Source of the DNA: Lama guanicoe
Lineage: Eukaryota
Length of the DNA: 64,000 nucleotides
Direction of reading: 5' to 3'
Assembly: GCA_013239625.1 (NCBI GenBank)
Contig: MU053758.1
Coordinates: 1,984,001 to 2,048,000, forward strand
Part shown: positions 52,757-64,000 of the stretch, one piece after another
How positions within the stretch are numbered: the stretch's first letter is position 1
Layout: every line of letters starts with the position of its first letter
Program-made: the position numbers and the translations under genes
Notes under the pieces: model-generated
Told to the model about the DNA's origin: nothing
Databases searched by the model: none
What the model saw: only the letters and a program-made list of their open reading frames with translations

Positions 52757-53374
52757 TGTCTCAGGTCTTGGTTGAGTCCCTGGGACTTGTCTTACCAAGT
52801 CCTTGGTTTTGCGCAGGAAAGAATTTAAGAGTGAGCCACAGTTGATGGAAGATAGATTTGTTTAGAGAGATACATACTACATAGAGTGTAGGCTGTTTCA
52901 GAAGGTGAGAGAAAGGCCACCAGGTGTGGGGGTTGGGTGCTCAGGTTAAAGTAAAAGTAGATACACGCTCCATAGACAGAGCACCGGCTCCCTTGTCTCC
53001 AAAGACAAGGGCGTGAGAGGGGCCTTGAGGTGCAGTGTTGCTAGTTTTTATGCCTGGGTAACTTCACATGCCGACAATTGAGAGGACCATTCCAACTACC
53101 CTGGGGAAGGGGCTGGGATTCCCCGGAATTGGACCACCACCCCTTCTTTGACCTTTTATGGTCAGCCTCGAAGCTGTCATGGCGCCTGTGGGAGTGTCAT
53201 TTACCACGTTAATATTACAACGAGTGTACGATGAAGCTCAAGGTCTACTAGAAGTCAAATCTCCCGCTATCTTGAGTTTCAAGGCCTAGTGGGAGTTGCA
53301 TCTTCTGCCATTTTGGTGTTAATTGCTGTGTCATTCCTTGAATGGCTATGCCCTGCCCTCTTCCCCCTGTCTCA
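52757..53374 (-). mobile_element. ERV solo LTR
   Basis: TG...CA termini, flanking ggc(c/t)g; gcgcaggaaagaatttaagagtgagcca motif. Confidence 0.75.
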
Positions 53375-56300
53375 GGCTGAGTGCTTGTCTCTTGGGGCAG
53401 AAGGGAGAGCAAGCCCAGAGGCTTGGGGGAGAAGAGCCCTAAAGACCAGAGAGGGTTGTCACAGCTCTGGAGAGGGGAGCAGGCGGGCCCTGGGGCAGGC
53501 TGCCCTTTGACCTTGAGGGGGGTTCCTGGAATGACTTACTGTTCCTTGGAAGAGGGGAGTAAAAGCCAAAGGATCACCATCAGGCACTTAACCCACCTTA
53601 TCTGAGTTTATTGACAGCAGCAAAACTATGAATTCAAAATGGGGTCTAAACTGAGGGGACTGTATTGCAGATCAATGGAGGACAGATGGGATCTCTTATT
53701 TTTTGAGGTTTTTCACTTTTCTCAGCTGGACACGGTGAGTCTTACATTATACATGTTGGCTACTCCATCTGATCCCGTGGTGGTGACAATCAATTTTCTT
53801 CAAAAAAAAATTTGAAGAGGAAAGACTAAGGCTGGAAGGGAAGCTTCTCACCCAAGACTGGGAAAGTATGATGAGATTGTATTGGCCTATATTCAGATGT
53901 TTCTTTTTCCATGCTTTTAGCTTTGTGGAAAACTGTGGGTATGATTTAGCTCTCTCTCGGGACCAAATGTGAAAATGTTTTATGAACGTCAGAAAAATCG
54001 TCCCCCAAAGAATTTCTCTTTGGTATCAGCAGTTCAAGTAAGGATTCTCCCTCCCCTCCCCATCTGCCTGCTCTCCAGCCCCATCGTGGCAAATGAAGTA
54101 ATCAGTTGTCCTCCATTCAAGAAAATAAGTAGCGCGGAGGCATGGCCTTGGTGTTCTGTAAAGCCCTAGGAGAGTGTTTCCAAATTTCACGTAGGAGGGT
54201 CATTGGAGTGGGGGTTCTGGAGAAGGAGGCAGTGACAAAGAGGACATTTTTAAGCTCTTGGGGCCGTGTAAATAAACAGCTGATAAGCTCACAGTTTCAG
54301 GAGCCAAGAGTATCTAAAGTCTTTGTTACGCATCTTTTTTTCAGGCTCTCTACAAGCCTGGGAGGGCTCTGAGGGCTCTGTTTAATCTACAATCAGCTTT
54401 TCTATTGAAACTGTGGCCACAAGGTCTGACACCGCCCCGCGGTACACAGGGAACACCTCAGATGGGAATCCAGAGTCCTGGGTTTGGGGATGGTCTCAGC
54501 TACACACTAGCTGTGTGACCTTGGGCAAGTCACTTAATGGTGTCTGGTACACAGTAGGTGCTTCATGAGTATGGATCAAATGAATCAATAAAGAAGGAAA
54601 CCTCAGTTTCTTCATCTGGGAAATGGGGGAATGATACCGCCCCAACAGGCTGTGATCATGTCGGTAAAACTGCTTCCTAGAAATGCTTCTCAAATGTTCA
54701 TGCATTTCACCTGAGTCACCTGGTCATCTGCTCAAATGTAGATTCTGACTCAGTAGGTCTGGAGTGGGTGGGCCTGAGTTCTGCATCTCTGGCTAACCGC
54801 CAGGGGATGCCTGTATGGACCACGTTTTGAATAGGTAGGTCCAACACTCTGAAATGCTCTACAAGTTCTTGAGATTATTAACGTGATCTCTTCAGCCAAT
54901 GGGGTCAGGACAGATTCCAAGGATAGACTAACCAATTGATGTGGTGGTCCCTCAATTGGTAGAGGAGTGAGAGGTTCCTGGGACACAGGACTCTGAGAGT
55001 TAGAACCCGGGAAGTCCCAAGCAAACTAGAACAAGTTAGTCCCTCAGGATAATGGCAGAGAAAGGGGTGCTTTGGTCTGGGCTGCTTGAGAACTGGAAAA
55101 AAACAAAACAAAACAAAACAGAAACAGATGAGCATATCTGCTAAGGAGAGGAGAACATCCTCACCTTAGATCAATTAGTCCTCCCACTCCTTTATTTCAC
55201 AGAGGCCCAGAGAAGTTAGGTGACTTAGCCTACATCACACAGCTGCTCAGGAATGGGGCTGGGGCTGCAGCTCCTGCCTTCTGACGCACTGCGGGGCAGG
55301 CCGGCCTTCCTCACCAGTCCACGTGGCCTTCTCCAACATATTCCTATTGATTTGGCAAACACAGCATGTTTATTTATAAGCTGGCTTGTTTGGAGCCTGA
55401 AATTTGGCATGGCTGATTTTGGCTGTGAGGAGTTCAGACTTTTCCTCTGTTTTGATTTGCTTAACCATGTGTTGTGAGCAAAAAACGCCAAGTAATAAAA
55501 ACACGACGAGGCTGCTAAAGTGGTTCGAATGCAAAGCCTCCAGAAATGTGGCAGCATGGACTTGGCAGATTTATTTTGTATCTCTAGATAGTAGATAGAA
55601 TCCCATGAGGTTTCCTTCCAGGGACTTACAAACTCAGAATAAATAAATAGCCGAGTCTCTGAAATAGCCTAGAGGCTGTTTCTCTTAGAGGTGGGGACAG
55701 GAGTTTGGGAAGAGCACCCCTGATGGGCAGATAGCTGGAGGCTGTTCCTCTGCTCCTTAGCACGAGTCCTTAGAGAAGGTGGCCGTCATCAGGGCTACGG
55801 TCTGTGTGATGAGTTGCAGAACGTAGCTCAGAATCCTTTGCACTTTATTTTGCACACAGGAGAAGCCGTAAAAGAATGTGTGCCTTTTATTGTTAACACT
55901 GAGAATCCATGCAGAGAATTCTCACACTCACTACGTGAATACATTGCATTTAGGACAGCCAGGCTGCTCTCAGACCCCAGATCCTTCTAGTTGTGCAGTA
56001 AGTTCGGGTGGCTTTTTGTTTGGGGGGGGGTGGAGGAAGAATGGGAGATGGTGAGAAAGAGAGATGGAGAGGAGAGAGGGAGGGAGGAAGAAAGGGGCTT
56101 CATTTTATCTGTGACTCTACCTGGTGTAGGGAGTCTGGGTGCAGCCCCTGATCAGTGCTCCGTGCAAATCCGCTATCTGTTCCAGTACCCAGAGAACAGA
56201 GTCTTAGCTCTGCCCACAAAGAGATGAGTGATCAGCCCAAGTGGTGAACACTCTGTTTTTCACATAGTGTGGTCAGCTGGCAGCTTTTGCCACTGTCTTA

Positions 56301-57039
56301 ATATAACAAACCAAGCTACAGGCTGAGCACAGCTAAAACGTCATTATTTTTTGCAATAAAATTTCTGTAGATACATATATGTATGTGTGAGTGTGCCTTT
56401 GTGTGTGTGCCTAAATATATATACATACAGGGATACATTACACAGAGGAACTCTGGCAAAACATAAAAATTTTAAAAATTGTTTCCATAGGCCCATGGAG
56501 AACCTCTCATAGTGACACAGGAGATTTTCAACCTCAGGCTCCAGGCTGAGACCTGAAGGAGCGGCCCCCAGCTGGGGTGAGCGGGCAGTGATACCTGACT
56601 ATGGCAGGAGGGAGATGGCTGCTCAGCCAAGCTTGGAAACCCCATCTGCTCTACGTGGGGCATTCCTAAGTGCTGGGGTTGGTGGCCAGGGTTATATGCA
56701 CCCATGTTCTAGAATCAGAAAGCCCAGGGACCTTACTGGACAGGGGCGGCTCATTAAAGGGGAACAAAGTTGTGCTCACAGCCTGATCCAGGGGTCCGCT
56801 CTCACATTTGGCCTCCGTGCTCTTCTTCTCATTTTCTTGCTGGCTCTCTAAGAGTTCTGGTGTAAAACAGGGCCTCCCTGAGAGCTTCTGGCTTCTGGGT
56901 ACAACACAAACAGCTCCCAGGGCCCTGTTTTCCAGGGTTGAAGCTTCCTGTCGCAGTGATGAGTTTTCATGGGGAGATCACCGTGAGGATGCCCAAAGAC
57001 ACAACGTGGGGGAAGAAGGCCCTGCTGACCACCTGTTCT

Positions 57040-57487
57040 TGAGACAGGCTGGGACCTAGGACCTGGGGCCTGGGACCCTGGGCTGCAGTGCTTGCACCAG
57101 GCAGAACAACAGAATTCAAAGAAACTATAAGGGACTAAAAATAACTGTGTGCATGCACAGTTGGGGTGAGTTATGAACAACAAGATATAAAAAGACCAAA
57201 ATCCCAACTACCGAGGTGTCAGGAGCAAAAGCAGGGTACCGCCCATGACCCCTCCCCACACACGGCATCACCAAGGTGGCAGGCAGACCACCTAAGCCAC
57301 CTGCTTCAGCCCAACTCCTGGGCCCGCCCTTACCTTCACCCCACTTAAGGGACCAGCTTGACCCTCCTCAGGAAGTGAGCAAGGAACTTGTTACTTGTTT
57401 TTGCTTAAAGTCTTGCCTGAATTTCTCATCTGGCCTCATCAATTTCTTTTGATTAAGGAGACCAAGAACCTTAGAGATTCAGCAACA
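57040..57487 (+). mobile_element. ERV solo LTR
   Basis: TGAGACAGG...CAGCAACA, with ttct/gtct flanks. Confidence 0.75.
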
Positions 57488-57803
57488 GTCTCCTCAGAGG
57501 TTGTAGCTGCCCGTGGGGCAGAGGGACCAGGAAGTCTGTGAGCTTTCTGTGGTTGATCAGACACAGCGTGGCAAGTGCTACTTTGCCGGCTGAAAACTCC
57601 TATATCTCCTGGTCACTCACTCTACATACAAGTGAGTCATTCTCTCTAGTTAGACAGTAAACCTTCTGTGAATCTTGAAGTAAAACTCCTGGGTCTAAGA
57701 GAGACCCCAAGGCTGGCTAGGAATCAGCATTGCCTTTGGGAGATGCTGGCGTTGTTTCTTGGGAGCACTAGGCTACCTGTTTGGGGCCTGAGGGGCTCTT
57801 AAC

Positions 57804-57938
57804 TTTCTTTTTTTTTTGGTGGGGGGAGGTAATTAGGTTTACTTATTTGTTTATTTTTGGAGGATGTACTGGGGATTGAACTCAGGATCTTGTGTATACT
57901 AAGCATGTGCTCTACCACTTGAGCTATACCCTCCCCCT
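57804..57938 (-). mobile_element. tRNA-derived SINE
   Basis: Perfect TSD tgaggggctcttaa. Confidence 0.92.
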
Positions 57939-58719
57939 TGAGGGGCTCTTAATGTCCAAGGGCCTCTCTTAGTGACACATCTTTTTTTGCTGTTAACAAA
58001 CCAGGCTACCTGCTACCATGTAGCTCCACTGCCTTCACCCATGTCATCCCAGGGGCCAGCCAGGCTTGCTCTGACCAGCAAGCTTTCTTCCTCCACTTGC
58101 AGTGTTACCGGCAGAGGCCTCAGCACATCACCACCCATTCCTTCAATTTCAGTCTTCTTTCCCTCCGGGGATCAGAAGAGTTGGAAGAGCTCCCACTGAG
58201 AAGAAGCATGCTGGAGTTGGGGAGTGGGACATGTGGTGTTGTGGAGTGTATTTGGCCACATTGAGAACTGCCCCACTGGCCACTTTAGACACACAAAGGT
58301 CAGGGATGCTTTGCTGGTAGGGCAAATGCAAAAATCACCCTCCTGCCAGCCAGCAGTGCTGGGAGCCCAGGGTATTTCAGTGGCTGGCTGCAATTTCCTC
58401 ATTATGAGAGCTCTGTTTCAGACCTCTCTGTCCTTCAGAAGCTTGCAAAGAAATCTATTCTCTCTGCTGCATTATCTTTTTTTCTTTCTCAAATTCTGAT
58501 ATGATTTCTCAAAATCTTCGCTCTTCCTTGTCTGGATTATGAAGTGAACATATGCTTCCTGCTCTGATTGTTATTAGCATCCTCACCAAGGATAAACCAT
58601 GGAGTACTTAGGGAACCCTCATTCAAGCGTTTGGATGTAACTGGTTATTTGCAGACTCCCTACCCCCACCTCAGTCCTGGTGACATGCATGAAAGGACAT
58701 GACTCAATGGAGGCTGTGA

Positions 58720-58732
58720 TTTAATATTTATT
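58720..58732 (-). terminator. Candidate PLXDC1 poly(A) signals (AATAAA and ATTAAA in tandem)
   Basis: tttaatatttatt on the + strand, ~1.2 kb past the stop codon. Confidence 0.55.
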
Positions 58733-59944
58733 TGCTGCTGATTTTTTTACTTTGAATGAGGGTGAACTATAGGTTTTCATTTGACATTCTCTTCAGAAGC
58801 AACCCCAGCTCATCCGTGGGACAGAACTCCCTTAAAATCAGATTAAGTTTGGGAGCCTACACTCTTGGTCCCAAGAACTTCTGGCAGAGCTAGGGAGATG
58901 GAAGCAACTTTCCAGGTCAAGGTCTTCCATATAAAGTCTGTCCTTCCCACACCACTTCCTTTTTGACAAAATCCAACTGAAGTTCCCTGCTGGGTATGTT
59001 TCAAGAAGCCCTCTCTCCATCTTCTTTCTCTTTAACGGATATAAAAATCCAGCTCAGGGGAGGAAAAATATTAATCAGGCAGGCCCCGCCTTGGAGGTAC
59101 TGACTGGCACTGATAGCCCAGGCCAGCGAATACAGTGGACACCAAATGTGCCACTGGATGGAAGAATCCACACGGCAGACGTGGCCGCACACAGCACGGC
59201 TCGCTGGGCCCAGGCTGGGCTGCAGTCGGATAAAGCCCATGACGTGGGCGCACACATGTTTAACGCATAAGTACTGGTTCTCAGCAGAAAGGGCAAGTTG
59301 AGGGAGCAAAGCCTAAGAATGCAATTTCCCCACAAGTTCTTTCTTCCCCTCCCATTTGGCTTTTCTTCTGATGCTAGGATGCCAAGCTGTGGCTGGCCGA
59401 AAGGGCTGGGAGCCGTGGTCCCTATGTTTAACAGATGAGAGAACACCTTCTTCAGACTTCCAAAGCACAGAAGCTGGGGCAAAATACACCAAATCCATAG
59501 CCATGAGGACCAGCTCTTGAGTCTACGGACCCTGGAATGCGACGGCCCCCATCCAGAGGGGTAGTATGCCCCTCTTGTGTAGTATGCCTGGGGGTTAGGT
59601 GATGGGAGCAAGGCATCTGGCCGTCTCCAGGTGGGAGGGGACCTCTGGGGCAGCTCCAGAGTAGACCATTGAGAGACTCAGAAGGGGAGGCCCCTTGCAA
59701 CAGCACAGGAGGAAGTTAGGTTCTTCAAAACTCTGTGTAGTTGCTTTTCTGCCCCCTACTTCAATATCTGGGGTGTGATGGCCAAACCGTAGCTCTGGCA
59801 CCACAGACCACAGTCTCATCTTCCCAGCCAGGGTAGTTTGGAGGAGGCCAAGGAAAGTCACTTCTCTGCTTTGCTTTGACCCGTCCGTGTTCTTTGAGGC
59901 CCCCTGGTCTTCCTTCCTACCCTTTCAAGGGAGACCTGGCGCTC

Positions 59945-60337
<393 letters not shown>

Positions 60338-60597
60338 TTAGTGGAGCCCTGAGACTGTGGAGAGCGAGGATGTGGGTAAGACATGGAATGATCTGGGAGG
60401 CTCTGGATATACCAAGGTAACTCTCCAGACAGTACAGTTCCTGCATCAGCTCTGGGGAGCTGATGCAAATGCAGATTCCCGGGCCCGCTTTAGACTGCCC
60501 TGTCAGCATCCCTGTCACCGGGGATCTGCAGGTTCCCCGGGTGAAACCAGGTAGGCCTTTGCCTTAGTAAGTCTCAGTCTTTAGAATGACTGGTTAG

Positions 60598-61974
60598 TCT
60601 CTTCAGCAAATGGTGTTGGGAAAACTGGACAGCAGCATGTAAATCAATGAAGCTGGAACACTCCCTTACACCATACACAAAAATAAACTCTAAATGGATC
60701 AAAGAGTTAAACATAAGACAAGATACAATAAACCTCCTAGAAGAAAACATAAGCAAAACATTATCTCACATACATCTCAGCAGTGTTCTCCTAGGGCAGT
60801 CTACCCAAACAATAGAAATAAAAGCAAAAATAAGCAAATGGGACCTAATTAAACTTACAAGCTTTTGCACAGCAAAGGAAACCATGGGCAAAACAAAACA
60901 ACAACCTATCGAAAGGGAGAAAATTTTGCAAAAGGTGAAATTGACAAAGGCTTGATCTCCAGAATATATAAGCAGCTTACATGACTTAATAAGGAAAAAA
61001 CAAACCACCCAACCCAAAAATGGGCAGGAGACTTAAACAAGCAATTCTCCAAAGAAGACATACGAATGATCAATAGACACATGAAAAAATGCTCAATATC
61101 ACTAATTATCAGAGAAATGCAAATCAAAACTACAAGGAGGTATCACCTCACACCAGTCAGAATGGCTATCATTCAAAAGTCCACAAGTGATAAATGTTGG
61201 AGATGCTGTGGAGAAAAGGGAACCCTTCTACACTGCTGGTGGGAATGCAGTTTGGTGTAGCCATTGTGGAAAACAGTGTGGAGATTCCTCAGAAGACTAG
61301 GAATAGACTTACCACATGACCCAGTAAGCCCATTCCTGGGCATATATCCAGAAGGAATCCTATTTCAAAAAGACACTTGCACCCCAGTATTCATAGCAGC
61401 ACTATTTACAATAGCCAAGACATGGAGACAGCCTCAGTGTTCATCGACAGATGACTGGATAAAGAAGATGTGGTATTATTTATACAATGGAATACTATAC
61501 AGCAATAAAAATGACAACATAATGCCATTTGCAGCAACATGGATGTCCCTGGACAATGTCATTCTAAGTGAAGTAAGCCAGAAAGAGAAAGAAAAATATC
61601 ATATGAGATCACTCATATGTGGAAGCTTAAAAAAAAAAAGAAGAAAAGAAAAGACAAATGAACATCAATATAAAACAGAAACAGACTCAGACATAGAATA
61701 CAAACTTGTGGTTGTCAGGAGGTAGGGGGGTGGGAAGGGACAAACTGGGAGTTTGAAATTTGTAGATACTGACAGGTATATATAGAATAGATAAACAAGA
61801 TTATACTGTATAGCACAGGGAAATATATACAAGATCTTGTGGTAGCTCACGGTGAAAAAGAATGTGACAATGAATATATGTATGTTCATGTGTGACTGAA
61901 AAAGTGTGCTCTACACTGGAAATTGACACAACATTGTAAACTGACTACAACTCAGTAAAATTAAGAAAAAAAAA
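60598..61974 (+). mobile_element. Young 5'-truncated L1 in the last PLXDC1 intron
   Basis: ORF2 C-terminal peptides in shifting frames; perfect TSD AGAATGACTGGTTAG at 60583-60597 and 61975-61989. Confidence 0.95.
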
Positions 61975-62260
61975 AGAATGACTGGTTAGAACTCACAAGA
62001 AACAGAGGGCATCTAAACAGAGGGGAGGGAACCACCTAGGCCTCTGGGTGATGAGGTCGAGGGCTCGTGGAGGACTGTGGTCACAGAGGCCCCACACTGT
62101 GCAATGTGGAAAGCCAGTCAGATGTCGAGAGTTGGGGGCTGGGGCAGGGGCTACTGAGCTCTGTGGCCCCGAGTGAAGGGGCCCAGGCCTAACTTCCCAT
62201 GCTGCACCTCAGGCTGGCTCTTCTGAATTCTCAGATGCTTAAAACTGTAGCACCTTCAGA

Positions 62261-62352
62261 GGGGAGGGTATAGCTCAGTGATAGAACACATGCTTGGCAT
62301 GTACGAGGTCCTGGGTTCAATCCCCAGTACCTCCACTGAAAAAAAAAAAAAA
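62261..62352 (+). mobile_element. tRNA-derived SINE (short form)
   Basis: ggggagggtatagctcagtgatag...gggttcaatcccc and poly(A). Confidence 0.92.
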
Positions 62353-62871
62353 CCTACAGCATCCTCAGCGAAAGCTCCCCAACAGAGCAACAATTATGAT
62401 TCGTATGGCTTGTCAATTCTAATCTAAAAACCCACACAGCAAGCAAAGAGCAGAGACCTCAGTTCCATTATGGCTTTGAACAGGCTCTAGGCCTGGATTG
62501 GGTGTGAGAGACCATAAATCACAGGAGATGGCTGCACAGCCACTAAAGGGGCATGTGTGACACTTCTGGCCTTCTTCCTTTCCTCTGGGGACTCTTCTGA
62601 TTTTACAAATCGGGGCGCAAGAGTAGAGGCCGTTCAGCAGGACAAGAGGGCCAGGGGAGTTCTGAGGTGCCAGGCCCTGGGGGTTAGGGACTCCACAGGC
62701 ACCAACCAGTGCTAGATGTGCCCAGATGGAGATGATGAAGTCCCTCAGGTGGAAACAAGAGCCTGGCATGTGGCAGGTGAGGGATGAGATGGGGAGAGGC
62801 AGGTACTGAGTGGCTGGAAAGACGCTGACACAGACGCAAACGGTGGAGCTGCGGCCCAGTTGTGCACTGAC

Positions 62872-63032
62872 CTCGAGGAAGAAGAGCGCAGCGTTGGAGG
62901 TGGGGTGGCCGTTGATGTAGATCCCCGCCAGGATGATGGCTGCCACGAGGAAGACGGCCAACACGATGCCCACGATGGTGCCCAGATGCACAGGGGAGCC
63001 TTTTGTCTTGGGGGACAGGTTGTTCTGAAGGC
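62872..63032 (-). CDS. PLXDC1: PLXDC1 penultimate exon (transmembrane helix)
   Basis: [53 protein letters not shown]; ccccacag| and |gtcagt; gene continues beyond the window. Confidence 0.95.
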
Positions 63033-63349
63033 CTGTGGGGAGACCGTTAGGTCAGGGTGCAGCTGCAGGGGAGCAGGGAGGGTGGGGCCATGGGGTCCTG
63101 GGTCTGACAAAGTCCCAGAGATGAAAGCCAACAGAACAACCAGGTCTACTTATCAAATCTATGAAAAGGTGGGGTGGGAGTGGGTGGAACCATTATGAGT
63201 GTGACAGTAACACTGTTCTTAGAGCATGTCAGACAGTTTTCCAAAATCACTTAAAAGTTACCCAAATGTCTAATGAGGATCATAAAATTTCTCTCCAATA
63301 ATTTTAAGGGATTTTAAGGAATTCACAAAGGGCATGTGATAGTTAAAAG

Positions 63350-63590
63350 TTTGGGATCTAAAGTCTGGCTGCCTGGGTTCAAATCCAGGCTCTGTTACTT
63401 ACTAGCTGTGTGACCTTGGGCAAATTATTTAACCTCTCTGTGTCTCAGTTATCATTTCTGTAGAACAAGGATAATAACAACATTGTTATTAATATACAAT
63501 AGGGTTATTTTGAGGGTTAAAATGAGATGATTCATGTCAGCCTCTGAGGGTCATGGCTGGTACCTCAGACAACTTCAATAAGTGTTAGCT
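63350..63590. mobile_element. MIR
   Basis: gggttcaaatccaggctct...ctagctgtgtgaccttgggcaaattatttaacctctctgtgtctcagtt. Confidence 0.85.
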
Positions 63591-64000
63591 AATGATAACA
63601 AAATGACCACATTTTTACCTGTCACTGTCCACTATCAGATTGTGACCTCCTGGAGGGCCAGGACAGTGTCTTATTCATCTCTGTGTCCTCAACTCTTAGG
63701 GAAAAAAAGGCAGATCCATCAGAGGCACTCAATTAAACAAATGAACTTGGTCCTCTGAAGGCTAATAAACCAGCAGACACGCTCTGAGAACATTCCAAGC
63801 ATTTGAAATACATCTGAAGGAGAAGACTGGGTATTTTCCATAGTCTAGCTGGAAGCTCATCCCGTCCGATCCCTTCCTTGTATGGCTGAAGTAATGGAAA
63901 TGCAGAGAAGAGAAGTGATTTGTCCAAGACAAAGTCAGTGCCAGCCACTAAGAAGCCTTCCTTGTTCCTTGAATTGCCTGGGGTGGCTTTTTGCTTCTTC

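Noticed and set aside
44185..59900. Many short ORFs in the GC-richer right half
   Set aside because: No recognisable homology or exon chain; they overlap repeats or UTR
60647..61725. L1 ORF2 fragments as an active element or gene
   Set aside because: 5'-truncated, with frameshifts and stops
62419..62991. 190-aa ORF as a stand-alone gene
   Set aside because: It is the PLXDC1 exon read through its splice donor into the intron

Overview
Mammalian genomic DNA, most likely a camelid. That assignment is inferred from about 13 copies of a tRNA-derived SINE resembling the camelid vic-1 family. The left third holds the complete 10-coding-exon meiotic F-box gene FBXO47 on the minus strand (451 aa, all GT-AG junctions in phase), with a small CpG promoter at ~21.2-21.7 kb. 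The right end holds the last two coding exons and 3' UTR of PLXDC1 (minus strand). The ~37 kb between them is rich in L1, L2, MIR, solo LTR and SINE sequence and carries two retrocopies: a decayed RPL36 pseudogene and an intronless EIF4E copy. The EIF4E copy has an intact 216-codon ORF, no poly(A) tail and ~400 nt of CpG-rich upstream sequence with two CACGTG E-boxes and a CCAAT box. It sits between the two halves of one SINE inside a single target-site duplication (TSD). Other notable items are a U6/L1 template-switch chimera stacked with a SINE at a triplicated target site in an FBXO47 intron, a ~98-bp diverged tandem duplication in the FBXO47 CpG island, and small retroposed poly(A) transcript ends. 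Repeat family names are from recall, not database searches, and most repeat boundaries are approximate.
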